Virus record (IMG/VR): IMGVR_UViG_2919450847_000005 | Coordinates: 19,130 to 83,129 of that record | Origin: a virus | Taxonomy: Duplodnaviria > Caudoviricetes | Reading direction: 5' to 3' (one strand) | Length of the DNA stretch: 64,000 nt | Part shown: positions 1 through 9,452 of the stretch, one piece after another | Layout of the letters: the number at the start of each line of letters is the position of its first letter | Numbering within the stretch: the first letter of the stretch is position 1 | The notes under the pieces: model-generated | What the model saw: the letters and a program-made list of their open reading frames with translations, nothing else | What the model was told of the DNA's origin: nothing | Databases searched by the model: none | Made by a program: the position numbers and the translations under genes

Positions 1-937
1 TGATGATCACAGACCGGGCCATCGAGGCCCCTACGAACGGGCCATAGACGTGCGGGCCGCTCGTATAGGTGCCGTCCGCGACCTGAACCGTTGCGGTGAA
101 GCCGTTCAGATCATAGCGAGAATGGAGCCTTGAAACCATTTCGGTGATGGTCGCAACGGCACTGCCAGGTGAAAGTCCGTCGTTGGCGTCATTTCCGGTC
201 GACGCATTGACATAGAAGGTGGTGTCGGCGGTCAGGAGTGTTCGCCACGCCAGCAGCACATACGAGCCGTTGATGCGCATATAGATGCGCCCATCCGGCA
301 AGCCGATGCCATGACCATCTCGGGGGGGCATGATTGCCCATCCGGCTGTCGTATACTGGGCAATCTTGCCGGCCTGCCCCGACCAGGCCCCGGTTGCGCC
401 GGTCGGGATCAGGTAGGTTGAGCCGATTGGGGGAGAGCTCGGCGGGGAGGCAGTCGTCGTCGACACCACAGGAATCCAGGGCAAGGTCGTGAGCCGCTGG
501 AGCGCGATCATCATTGAGGGGTCCACTACGATGGTCACATTCGCGAGGTCGCTGAACGCCACCTCGAGCCGGACCGTGCCTTCAACCGTCTGGCCTGAGG
601 AGGGGATCGGCTTGTTGATAGGAGGATCGTAGTGCGCGATGGCGATTAGGTTGCCAGCGTCGTCGATCAGGCCTGCTTCCCTGATCGTGTAAGGCCCCTC
701 GGCAGCCTCAAGAAACGCATCGAAGAAGGCCACATTCGAGGTGCCCACCACCGTGCCGCTGGCTGAAATCGTCTTGCGCGCCACCTCATGATAGAGCGCG
801 GTCTCGCCGCCGGAGGGGACCGTTGCACCGTCGCCAATGGCGATATGCGTGATGTTCACCGTTGTGCCGGCGGCCAGGGCTGCGGCTTCTCTCGACCTGC
901 CCATGTTGGTCAGGATCGCAAACGAGGTCTGGGGCAT
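1..937 (-). CDS. Phage tail fiber protein (P2 gpH-like N-terminus, DUF2793-like segment); runs off the window
   Basis: Manual translation from ATG 937: MPQTSFAILTNMGRSREAAALAAG...ITHIAIGDG...GPYTIREAGLID...WSGQAGKIAQY; follows the tail I gene. Confidence 0.85.
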   Translation of the reverse strand, partial: MPQTSFAILTNMGRSREAAALAAGTTVNITHIAIGDGATVPSGGETALYHEVARKTISASGTVVGTSNVAFFDAFLEAAEGPYTIREAGLIDDAGNLIAIAHYDPPINKPIPSSGQTVEGTVRLEVAFSDLANVTIVVDPSMMIALQRLTTLPWIPVVSTTTASPPSSPPIGSTYLIPTGATGAWSGQAGKIAQYTTAGWAIMPPRDGHGIGLPDGRIYMRINGSYVLLAWRTLLTADTTFYVNASTGNDANDGLSPGSAVATITEMVSRLHSRYDLNGFTATVQVADGTYTSGPHVYGPFVGASMARSVII

Positions 938-949
938 ATTGAGCCTCTA

Positions 950-1612
950 TCAGGGGGCGCGCGGGTGGGCCGTGGCAGACGTGAATGTGGCCGCCGTTGC
1001 CGCCATGCTTGTCGTGGCGCGCAGAACGGTGGCATCGAAGACGAACGGGTGTGCCACGGCGAGGAGTTGCGTGCGGGCATAGCCGCCGACGTAGAGCGGC
1101 CCGCGCGCGCCGAGGACCGCCCGCGTGGTGAACACCCGAGTTTTCGGTTTGGCCGACCGCACCGCGGTAATAGCCTGGCCCTGCAAAATGGGATCAAAGA
1201 TCGGACTGCCGTCGTGGTAGTTGATCTCGACACGGAAGGTTCCGCGTCGCGCATCGTCTTCCCACCACTCGACCACGTTGGTATCGAGAGAAAACGCCGC
1301 CAAAGACCGCTTGACGGCGCCTAGGGTGCCTTTCAGCCGATGTACGATGGGGGAGGCGGCGATCACCGCCCGCTTCTGAGATTCCGACCAGCCGTCGGAC
1401 CAAACGTCCACGGACACGGCTTGAGCAAGCCACGGCAGCAGCACCACCGGACACGTCGCCGGGTTCCAGATGGTCGCGATCACCCTCGGGTCGACCGTGG
1501 CCAGCCGTGCGAGTTCTGCAGTCAGGATCGCCTTCTCGAGCGGCGTTGCGTTTGCCGGCAGCATGGCATCGGCGATAGGTGCGACTGCGGCAATCTCAGT
1601 CTCAATCGTCAT
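950..1612 (-). CDS. Phage tail protein I (P2 gpI-like)
   Basis: LLPWLAQAVSVDVWSDGWSESQKRAVIAASPIVHRLKGT motif; downstream of baseplate J. Confidence 0.9.
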   Translation of the reverse strand: MTIETEIAAVAPIADAMLPANATPLEKAILTAELARLATVDPRVIATIWNPATCPVVLLPWLAQAVSVDVWSDGWSESQKRAVIAASPIVHRLKGTLGAVKRSLAAFSLDTNVVEWWEDDARRGTFRVEINYHDGSPIFDPILQGQAITAVRSAKPKTRVFTTRAVLGARGPLYVGGYARTQLLAVAHPFVFDATVLRATTSMAATAATFTSATAHPRAP

Positions 1613-2657
1613 CCCAGGTGCCCTGCGTCTGGACGGCGGTCACCGTGACCGTTCCGACCTGTGCCGCACCCTTCGGGCCAGGCTCGATGTCGGTCGCCGG
1701 CTCAGTGATCACCACCGTCACGGTGTCGTCGATGGCGGCGCGTCCGCCGATCACCTCGCGCTGCACGGAAAGGCCGATGCGCCGGCGGGCCGCTGCATAG
1801 GTCTCGAGACGAGTCTTTGCCTCCGCCGCGATCGTCGCGGTGTCGGCACCCGGCGCGTAGTAGAGGATGACCGCGATGTCGTAGTCGGTGACGGTCGCCG
1901 CCTCGATGCGAACATTGTCGCCAAGCGGCCTGACATCTTCCGGCGTCACCGCCGCGAATACACGGTCCAGCAGCGGCTGGTCAGCATCGCCATAGGAGAG
2001 GGTTGGCAGCACCACCACCAGCGCCTCTGGCGCCAGCACCGGGTCACCCTCGTCGCGGCCGGCGAACGGGGTGGAACGCTTGCCGGCGGTATGTGCGTCG
2101 GCGTGCAGCGTATCGCTGTAGGTGGCCTCGTCCTCCTCGGAGTACACCACCGCGTCGGCGACGTCGCGCACACCATCGAGTTCCAGGGCGTGGAAGACAT
2201 AGGCGCCTTCCGGCCCGGCCGTGCTGAACGCCTCATAGGCCAGCTTGATGCGCTCGCGGAAGACGGAGTCGAGCTCCACCCATTTGCCGAGCGTCGCATC
2301 CCACTGCGAATTGGGCGGCTGGTCGTCAGGGGCGTTGTCGTAGACAAGCCTCCCGATGCCGGCATTGGTGGCGCCGATATGATCGAGGTCACCGGTGAGC
2401 GCTGTGGCGAGCGACAGTGCCCGGATCGACTCGTTGACGCGCTGGCGGAACAGCGCTTCCTGGTAGCCACCGCCTTCGCTGTAGGCGATCACCAGAGGGT
2501 CGGTTTCAAGGCCGGTCACATCGTAGACGATGCCGCGCTGTGCCAGCGCCTCGACGAGATAGGCGTCGCGGCTCGACTTTATGTCCTCGAAATTGACCGG
2601 GACGACGGCGGGAACATCGCCAAGCTGCGACAAGTCCGGTGCGATGAAACGGCTCAT
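1602..2657 (-). CDS. Baseplate assembly protein J
   Basis: LETDPL, LDHIGA, FSTAGPEGAYVFHAL, VRPLGDNV motifs. Confidence 0.92.
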   Translation of the reverse strand: MSRFIAPDLSQLGDVPAVVPVNFEDIKSSRDAYLVEALAQRGIVYDVTGLETDPLVIAYSEGGGYQEALFRQRVNESIRALSLATALTGDLDHIGATNAGIGRLVYDNAPDDQPPNSQWDATLGKWVELDSVFRERIKLAYEAFSTAGPEGAYVFHALELDGVRDVADAVVYSEEDEATYSDTLHADAHTAGKRSTPFAGRDEGDPVLAPEALVVVLPTLSYGDADQPLLDRVFAAVTPEDVRPLGDNVRIEAATVTDYDIAVILYYAPGADTATIAAEAKTRLETYAAARRRIGLSVQREVIGGRAAIDDTVTVVITEPATDIEPGPKGAAQVGTVTVTAVQTQGTWDDD

Positions 2658-3079
2658 GTGACGGCCTCGACGGTGACGCCCAGCAGCTGCGGCGTGATGG
2701 TGTAGGCGATCTCTTGCAGGGACGGGTTGCTGTAATCCCCCAGGTGCCCCCGCTCGAAGAACACTCCGCTTATCAGCAGGATGACGTGCCCCGGGGTGCT
2801 CGCATCAATGCTGGTGCGCATCAGGACGAAGCCCGGCTCCCCGTATTGGCGGCCCTCCACCAGGCGGGGTTGAAGCGCCTCGGCCACCGCGACGTAGAAG
2901 CTGATGATGGTTTCTTCGTTTTGCGGCTTGTCGATGAGGCCAGGCACGTTCGAACCGAACTTGCGGCGCTGCACGCGCTCACCGATCTCCGTGGTGAGGA
3001 TCTTGCCAATGCTCTGAACGCAATGCGACCAGCCGGAGAGGATCTGGCCTGTCTTGGCGTCCAGGCCGACCCTCGCCAT
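2654..3079 (-). CDS. Baseplate wedge protein (gpW/gp25-like)
   Basis: HCVQSIGKILTTEIGERVQRRKFGSNVPGLIDKP. Confidence 0.9.
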   Translation of the reverse strand: MARVGLDAKTGQILSGWSHCVQSIGKILTTEIGERVQRRKFGSNVPGLIDKPQNEETIISFYVAVAEALQPRLVEGRQYGEPGFVLMRTSIDASTPGHVILLISGVFFERGHLGDYSNPSLQEIAYTITPQLLGVTVEAVT

Positions 3080-3288
3080 CAGCGCGTCTTCCGCTCAAGC
3101 ATCGCCGGGTCGGGCTCAGGCTTGGGCGGGCTTTCGACCGCCCCGACCACCGGGGGGTCTTGTCCCAGCAGGCCGGCCAATTCCGGGTATTTCGCCTCGC
3201 GCTCGGTCAGAGGGCCGACCGGGTCGCCCTTCTTGCGCATCGCGCCGGCAATGAAGCCGTCGACCTGGGCATAGTAGTATTTCCGCAT
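3079..3288 (-). CDS. Small hypothetical virion-operon protein
   Basis: RBS (GGAGA) and coupling to neighbours. Confidence 0.65.
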   Translation of the reverse strand: MRKYYYAQVDGFIAGAMRKKGDPVGPLTEREAKYPELAGLLGQDPPVVGAVESPPKPEPDPAMLERKTR

Positions 3289-3300
3289 CGTCGTCTCCTT

Positions 3301-3870
3301 TCAGGGGCTCGTCTGGGGCGGACCAGAGATGTCGTCGCCGCCCTGCACCTCGATGTGGCGATGGGTGTCGCCGATGTTCCGGCCGTTGTGGGTCATGGCG
3401 CCGCCAGACGCCGCCAGCCCGGCATTGCTGATCTCGAGCATCCCCTCGGTGAACCGATAGGTCGCGCCGCCAACGCCGATTTCGAGGCTGCTGCCGTTGT
3501 GCTTGATGGTGACGTTGCCGACCTTGGTGGTCTTCTGGCCGGCAGTATTGTCCGGCTGCGGCACGTCGTTCGTGTAGCCGCCGGGGATGATGAAGGCGCG
3601 CCCCATGTCCCCGTTCGGGCTCATCAGCACCACCCGTTGGCCGGCGCTCAGAGGTATCCACTCGACGATGTCGCCGGCCTGCGCCTGCCAAGCGGACTGC
3701 TTGCTCTTCACGCCCTGGGCATCGACGATCGCAACGCCGGACTCGAGATCGACGGAGATCACCTTGCCGTCGCGGATCATGTTGTTCTGGCGGACTTGCA
3801 GCCGAGCCACCTGCTTGCTCAGCGCCTGAACCTGCGTGATTAGCCGAGCGAGGGCGACCTCATAGTTCAT
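3301..3870 (-). CDS. Baseplate assembly protein V / central spike
   Basis: WIPLSAGQRVVLMSPNGD; C-terminal HNGRNIGDTHRH. Confidence 0.9.
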   Translation of the reverse strand: MNYEVALARLITQVQALSKQVARLQVRQNNMIRDGKVISVDLESGVAIVDAQGVKSKQSAWQAQAGDIVEWIPLSAGQRVVLMSPNGDMGRAFIIPGGYTNDVPQPDNTAGQKTTKVGNVTIKHNGSSLEIGVGGATYRFTEGMLEISNAGLAASGGAMTHNGRNIGDTHRHIEVQGGDDISGPPQTSP

Positions 3871-4631
3871 GGCTCACCTCCCGATAGGAGCGTGAAGTCG
3901 ATCGCCGGCGGCAGCACGATGGTTGGATTCGCCGGCATGCCGAGCGCATCCATGACCTGGCGCGAATAGCCGAAGTTTCGCATCTCCCGCTCGTAGGCGG
4001 TGGCGCCAGCGCCCCGGGTGAGGCCCTGACGGATCATCGCCACTCGCGGCCCGTAGTCGGCGTGCTTTTCGAGCTCGGCGAGGAAGGCCTCGACGGGCTT
4101 CATGAGCGTGCCCATGAGCGGCTCACGAGACGCTTTCATCTCGGTGGTGATCTGTCGCGCCGCCAGCCGTTGGCCGCCCTCCACCGACGCGCCGCGCCGG
4201 CTGATCGTGGTGTTGAGGTTCGGGCAGATCGCGTTAAAGGCATCGCTCGCCAGTGAGCCGGCATTCAGCGCCCAGAGGATCTGGGATTCGAGATCGTCGA
4301 GATCCTGCTCAATCTCACTGTCAGTCAGCGGGCAGCCGGCGCGATAGGTGTTCGGCTTCTTCTTGTCTTGCTCCATCTGGACGACAAGCAGTTCCATCGT
4401 CACGGATAGCAGGCGGTCCTTGTGCGACATGGACCCCTTGGTCCAGTGGTCCTTGTCGTAGTCGGTGTAGACGACAACGCAGGGGAAGGCCCGGTCGGCT
4501 GCCATGTCTTCGATCGGTTCGATCTTGGAATCGAAGATGTTCCTGCCGGCCAGCGTCGGCCAAGGCTCCTTGAGGTAGTTGTTGAGCGCATGGACGACCG
4601 CCAGCCGTGCGACCGTGCGGAGCATGCTCAT
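3867..4631 (-). CDS. Putative tail completion/neck protein
   Basis: Position between head-tail joining gene and spike; 4-nt overlaps on both sides. Confidence 0.6.
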   Translation of the reverse strand: MSMLRTVARLAVVHALNNYLKEPWPTLAGRNIFDSKIEPIEDMAADRAFPCVVVYTDYDKDHWTKGSMSHKDRLLSVTMELLVVQMEQDKKKPNTYRAGCPLTDSEIEQDLDDLESQILWALNAGSLASDAFNAICPNLNTTISRRGASVEGGQRLAARQITTEMKASREPLMGTLMKPVEAFLAELEKHADYGPRVAMIRQGLTRGAGATAYEREMRNFGYSRQVMDALGMPANPTIVLPPAIDFTLLSGGEP

Positions 4632-5053
4632 ACCTGGCCTCCGATCATTGCCATCTCCAGCACCAAGCGGGAGAGGCCATCGCGCTGCACCGACACCACC
4701 TCGAACTTGGGCAGCTCGCAGTTCTTGGTGAACGTGACGATGTCGCCCTGCCGCGGCTCGCGCTGAGTGGCGTTGTCGAAATAGCGGCGGTCGATCGAGA
4801 GTTGCGGATCTCGGCCAACTTGGAGCGCGCGGAGATCGTTCGCCTCCCGGTAGGATCGACGCACACCAAGCTGCACACCGTATTCGACCGAGACGAAATC
4901 GAAGATGCCGTACCCTGTGATGGTGATCCGGGTCGGGTCAGGCTGCGGCCGGCCGTTCGGCGTCGATTGCGTTGGATCGATCCTGAAGGCGATCGCATTG
5001 ACCCGATCGACCGCCCGGCTCGTGCTTCTATCCAGGCGGTCGAAAATGCTCAT
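4628..5053 (-). CDS. Putative head-tail joining protein
   Basis: ATG 5053 (MSIFDRLD...); position after DUF2190; EPRQGDIV...FEVVSVQRDG. Confidence 0.7.
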   Translation of the reverse strand: MSIFDRLDRSTSRAVDRVNAIAFRIDPTQSTPNGRPQPDPTRITITGYGIFDFVSVEYGVQLGVRRSYREANDLRALQVGRDPQLSIDRRYFDNATQREPRQGDIVTFTKNCELPKFEVVSVQRDGLSRLVLEMAMIGGQV

Positions 5054-5055
5054 GG

Positions 5056-5385
5056 TCAGAAGTCGCTGTTCAGGCGCACCCGGCCGGTGGCCGACGGGTT
5101 CGCCGCCGCAGCGGTTGCGACGCCGACCTTGGTGTTGCTGGTGGCCGTGGTCGTCATGACGCCGGCGGCCGTCGCATAGATCGTGGCGCCGACGGTCCAC
5201 GCCTCGGCCGAGGTCTTGTCGAGGTCGTACACGCCACCGGTCTCGAGGTCGAACAACTCGCCCTCGTTCGCAGAGTAGACGGCCACGCCGAAGATGCCGC
5301 CGATCTTGTAGAATTTGCCGCCGATGACGCCGCCGGTCGGGGCCGGCAGGGTGAGCGTCTTCCCGGGCTGCACGTAGTTCTTCAT
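5056..5385 (-). CDS. DUF2190 family capsid cement/decoration protein
   Basis: MKNYVQPGKTLTL...GVAVYSANEGE...GRVRLN; directly after capsid gene. Confidence 0.9.
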   Translation of the reverse strand: MKNYVQPGKTLTLPAPTGGVIGGKFYKIGGIFGVAVYSANEGELFDLETGGVYDLDKTSAEAWTVGATIYATAAGVMTTTATSNTKVGVATAAAANPSATGRVRLNSDF

Positions 5386-5462
5386 GGGATATCTCCCTTG
5401 CTGGAAATGGAAACGCCGGCCCGAAGGCCGGCGCGCGCATCAGCTCTGTTCGGGGTCCCCGA

Positions 5463-7667
5463 TCAGAGGCCCGGGTTCTTGTAGGCGAAGCGGTAGTCGG
5501 TCAGGCCCGCGCCAAAGTAGTGGTCGAGGCGATACTCGACGCCGTCATAGTCGAAGCCATGACGCTCCATCGTGCGCGGCGTCTCGTAGCCCGCGAGGTA
5601 GGCGTACTGCAGGCCGCGACCGAGCGTGGCGGCCGGCGACGCGAACAGGAACCAGGCCTTGGCGGACAGGCCATCGATACGGCTCTCGTAGACCGGCTGC
5701 ATCGACTTGATCGCCTGGGGCACGATCTGGTCGGTGGTGGTCGGCGAGGTGATACCCTGGATGAGGGTCTGGGCGTCCACCTCGAGATCGGTGCCGGTGA
5801 ACACGTAGGTCGGGGCGAGCGAGATCTGCTGGCCGTCGATGTCCTTCATGAGACGGAACGCCTTGCGGGCCGCGATCAGGTTGGCCTTGTCCAGCGCGGT
5901 GCCGGCCGCGGCGAGGTTGCCGTGGTTGGCATGGAAGAGGGCCGTGTTGTCGCTCTTCAGCTTCTTGTTGCTGATGATGACGCCCCAAGTGATATTGCCC
6001 TCAAGGCGGGCCACCACGCGGCCCCAGTTCGCGATGAGGTTGGAGAAGGCTCCGAGCTGATCGTTGATGATGATCTTCTCGGTCAGGCCGATCACCTTGC
6101 CGTAGTGGCTGATGGTGAAGCCTTCCTCGCTCTCGCGGACGGTCCCGCGCTTGTACTCGCCCTTCTCGGTGATCTCCTCGAGCTCGGGGCCGTTGCCCAT
6201 CTCGAGCACTTTCACCTCGCGCAGATCCGGGAGCACGTTCCGGCTTCCGATCAGCTGGAAGGTGTTCTGCTCCTGCTCGAGGGTATAGGCATTCATCATC
6301 GTCTGGCGGGTAATGTCGCCGAGGATGATCGGGAAGTCGGTAGACGCATTCAGCGAGCGCCGGACGATGTCGATGGCCGCCCCACGCGGGCTCTCGCCGC
6401 GCGCCGCCAGACACTCGCGGGCGAGGTCGACGAGCGTCATGTTGCGGTACTCGTTCGCACCGGCCTCCAGCGTCGGTGCCAGGCCATGGCGATGCATGAT
6501 GCCGTTGGCCGCGAGCCGGCGCATGGTATCCTGCGCATCGCGCCCGCCGCGCGTCGAGACGTGCGGGAAGGTGGGCGTCTGCGCCTGACGTGCGATCATC
6601 ACGTCGAACGCCGTGTTGCGGAACGCCTCGATCGTGGTGCCGGTATCGATGGCCGTGCGCACCTGCTGGTCGTCGAGGGCGATACCGGCAGAGCGCGCCA
6701 GTTCCTCGATCTCGCGCACGCGCCGACGCTCATTGGCGACCGCCGTGCGGGACTGCTCCTCAACCTGCGCCTGCGTGACCGCAGGCTGCAGAGGGGCGAG
6801 GCCGCCAATACCAGTGGCGCTGGCGGCGCGGAGCGCGGCCTCCTCCTGCTCCCGGCGGGTGGCCTCTTCGGCAGAGCGCCGCTGCGCCTCCTCGGTGGCG
6901 CGGGCCGCGGCGTCTTCGGCGTCGTAGGCCGCCAGCAGGCGCACGCTCAGCGCCTCGTCGGTCTCGTTCGCGTTGCGGGTGATCCCGGCGCCGAGGGCCA
7001 GGGCGTCCAGCTTCTCGCCCTTGTAGGACTTGGCGGCGTCGCGCTTGTTCATGATGGAGTCCTTCTTCGTAGCGGCGGGCGCCGCGCCAATGGGGGTGTC
7101 CTGGCGAACCAGGACGGTGTCGTAGTCGTCGCCGCTGGGCTGCGATCGTGAGTAGGCGCCGGCATCCGCGGGCACCGGGACCGCTGACAGCTCCATGGGC
7201 TCCCAGTCGGTCGCACGAAGGATCGGCAGCTGGCCGTCGGACCCTTCGGTTTTCTCGTAGCGGTGGATTTTGTAGCCGACCGAGATGGAGACCGGATGCC
7301 CGTCCCGGAGATCTTGCAGGATCTCCTCCGCCTTTTGCTTCCGCGAGAACTTGATCGTCGCGTAGCCCTTGCCGCCGTCGATGCGGATACTGCCGGGCAC
7401 CACCGTGCCAAGGCGCGAATCCATCGACCAGCTTTCGTGCGTGTCGAGCAGTGCCATGGCGCCAAAGCGGTCCATCCGGATCGCCTTATTGTCCACGGCA
7501 AGCTCTTCCATGTAGTACCCCTCATCCCAGGAGTACCTCTTCACCCTCGCGCCAGTGGTCCAGCAGACCTCGACGGTACGATCATCGACGTTCAGAGTGT
7601 CAGAGCGCACCTCGACGGCACCGAAGCCCTTCGGGATGCGAATTTCCTTCTCATTGGGTGCCGGCAT
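5463..7667 (-). CDS. Prohead protease / scaffold / major capsid fusion protein
   Basis: ATG 7667; N-terminal HK97-type protease (LLDTH, SISVGY, WEPMELSAVPVPAD), Ala/Glu-rich middle, Mu gpT-like capsid (TDFPIILG...YGKVIGLT...HGNLA). Confidence 0.9.
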   Translation of the reverse strand: MPAPNEKEIRIPKGFGAVEVRSDTLNVDDRTVEVCWTTGARVKRYSWDEGYYMEELAVDNKAIRMDRFGAMALLDTHESWSMDSRLGTVVPGSIRIDGGKGYATIKFSRKQKAEEILQDLRDGHPVSISVGYKIHRYEKTEGSDGQLPILRATDWEPMELSAVPVPADAGAYSRSQPSGDDYDTVLVRQDTPIGAAPAATKKDSIMNKRDAAKSYKGEKLDALALGAGITRNANETDEALSVRLLAAYDAEDAAARATEEAQRRSAEEATRREQEEAALRAASATGIGGLAPLQPAVTQAQVEEQSRTAVANERRRVREIEELARSAGIALDDQQVRTAIDTGTTIEAFRNTAFDVMIARQAQTPTFPHVSTRGGRDAQDTMRRLAANGIMHRHGLAPTLEAGANEYRNMTLVDLARECLAARGESPRGAAIDIVRRSLNASTDFPIILGDITRQTMMNAYTLEQEQNTFQLIGSRNVLPDLREVKVLEMGNGPELEEITEKGEYKRGTVRESEEGFTISHYGKVIGLTEKIIINDQLGAFSNLIANWGRVVARLEGNITWGVIISNKKLKSDNTALFHANHGNLAAAGTALDKANLIAARKAFRLMKDIDGQQISLAPTYVFTGTDLEVDAQTLIQGITSPTTTDQIVPQAIKSMQPVYESRIDGLSAKAWFLFASPAATLGRGLQYAYLAGYETPRTMERHGFDYDGVEYRLDHYFGAGLTDYRFAYKNPGL

Positions 7668-9222
7668 TGCCGTCTCCGTTCTTGCCTCCCGGCTCCATCT
7701 GGAACTGGCCGTTGTTGGTGACCTTCCGTGGATCGGAATCGAGGATGACCTTGCTCGAGGTCTGGTCGACGGCGGTGTTCCACTCGTCGATTTCCTGCAG
7801 CACCTCCTTGGGATCCCGACCGGTTTTGCCGATGACCTCCTGCGGCGAGCGCTTGCCCATCCGCATCTCGATGAGATCGGCGCGGGCATCGTCGAGGCGC
7901 GTGATGCTCTCGACTTCCGGCGGGTTCCACTCCACGCCGATCTTCCAGGCCCGAGGGATTTTCCCTGCGTCCTTTGCGGCGGCGATGAACCACTCCCAGA
8001 CCTGCTGAAGCACCGGTGGGATCATGAAGTGCCACTGCACGGCGGACACGAAGGTCTGGTACTCGAGGAGACCCAACTTGCCGGACGCGAAGTTCGCCTG
8101 GCTGAAGTCCCCCGTCAGCAGCTCGTAAGGCAGCAGCACGCCGGCGGCGATCGTGCGGTGCCGGGTCCTGATGTAGGCCTCGATGCCGGCAGAGATGGCG
8201 GGCGTGTTGAACTTCACGTCCTTGCCGCCGCGCAGGATCGCAAACGACCCGGGCTCCATAGTTTCGAATGGGTTGCCCTGGAAGTCCTCGATCGGCGCAC
8301 CCTTTTCCTTACCGTCGGCAGGGTCGAGGAGGCCGATGTTGGGATCGTCGGCGTTGTCGTCGGCGGGAATGACCAAGCCAACGACGGCGGCCTCGGTCTT
8401 CTTGCGAATGTTCTCCGAAAGCTCGTAGTCAGCGAGGTTGTCGATGTCGTTCATCACCGGCGCCATCCAGGGCACGCCGTGCACCTGGTTGGTATCGGGG
8501 CGGTAGATGTGGGCGACGTCCGATGCGGGGATGAACTTGCTCGCCAGCGCCGTGCCGGTGCCCCAACCGAGGATGTCCTTCGGGTTCCGGGGGAACATCC
8601 AGTAGCCGGCTCGATTGCCGATCAGATCGAATTCGACGCCTTGCCGGATCTCATGGCCCGTGTCGGACGCCGTCGTCTTGCTCCAGTCGCAGTATTCGGA
8701 ATCGAGGATCTGCAGCTGCAGCGGGACCGGCAATCCATCCGACGGGCGACGGCTGCGCTTGCGGAGGTACGCTTCGCCGTCCGTCACCATCATCCTGGTG
8801 AGCATGTACTGGGCGCCATAGAAATCCATGGCGCCGCCAGTTATGCACACCTTCGACCATTCATCGAAGAGCTCGTTGACCTTCTTGGCCTTATCCTTGG
8901 TCTTGCCGTCACCTTCGACTTTCGCCCGCGGCCTGATGCCGAAGCCGGTGATGTTGTTCGCGTGCGACGTTACGATCTTTGCCGCGAGCGGATTATTGCG
9001 GACAAGATCGCGCGACCGGTCGCGAAGGCGCTGCCCTGCCTTTCCGATCTCAGCATCAGCGCCAGCCGATGAGCCGTGCCAGTATGCCGAGATGCGTCCG
9101 CGACCGGCAGCTTCGTATCTACGGGTGCCCTCGAGGAGGGCGATCCGTCGCCTGTTCGCTGCACGCTGTGCTCCGATTTTCGGGCTGAAGTAGCCGATCG
9201 CCTTATCCAGAAGGTTCGTCAT
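7651..9222 (-). CDS. Phage portal protein, lambda family
   Basis: LRDRSRDLVRNNP, QVHGVPW, TGDFSQANFASGKLG. Confidence 0.95.
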   Translation of the reverse strand: MTNLLDKAIGYFSPKIGAQRAANRRRIALLEGTRRYEAAGRGRISAYWHGSSAGADAEIGKAGQRLRDRSRDLVRNNPLAAKIVTSHANNITGFGIRPRAKVEGDGKTKDKAKKVNELFDEWSKVCITGGAMDFYGAQYMLTRMMVTDGEAYLRKRSRRPSDGLPVPLQLQILDSEYCDWSKTTASDTGHEIRQGVEFDLIGNRAGYWMFPRNPKDILGWGTGTALASKFIPASDVAHIYRPDTNQVHGVPWMAPVMNDIDNLADYELSENIRKKTEAAVVGLVIPADDNADDPNIGLLDPADGKEKGAPIEDFQGNPFETMEPGSFAILRGGKDVKFNTPAISAGIEAYIRTRHRTIAAGVLLPYELLTGDFSQANFASGKLGLLEYQTFVSAVQWHFMIPPVLQQVWEWFIAAAKDAGKIPRAWKIGVEWNPPEVESITRLDDARADLIEMRMGKRSPQEVIGKTGRDPKEVLQEIDEWNTAVDQTSSKVILDSDPRKVTNNGQFQMEPGGKNGDGNAGTQ

Positions 9223-9452
9223 CAGACGCCCCTCCGGAACGTGGTGAGTACGACCTGGGGCCGCTTCGGCTTGCCGGCGATCGCGGCCTCGAGGTCGGTG
9301 ATGATCGCCTTCATCTCCTCGATCGACCGGTACGTGACGTCGCGCTCGCGGAACCGGACACGTGTGGCGCCGAGGTAGTAGGCCTCTGTGAGGTCTCGCA
9401 GCAGTTCGCGCTTATCGGCCGGCGATAGAACGTCGATGTCGATGCCGGGCAT
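9222..9452 (-). CDS. Head-tail joining protein (gpW-like)
   Basis: GATRVRFRERDVTYRSIEEM; between terminase and portal. Confidence 0.85.
   Translation of the reverse strand: MPGIDIDVLSPADKRELLRDLTEAYYLGATRVRFRERDVTYRSIEEMKAIITDLEAAIAGKPKRPQVVLTTFRRGV

Noticed and set aside
3301-4631. Missing sheath, tube and tape-measure genes as a sign of a defective phage
   Set aside because: In P2-like order these follow the fiber genes and would lie left of the window.
5520-9072. Long antisense ORFs (5520-7151, 7555-9072; also 43209-44702, 47121-48584, 55600-57243)
   Set aside because: Shadow frames of high-GC genes with clear motifs on the other strand.
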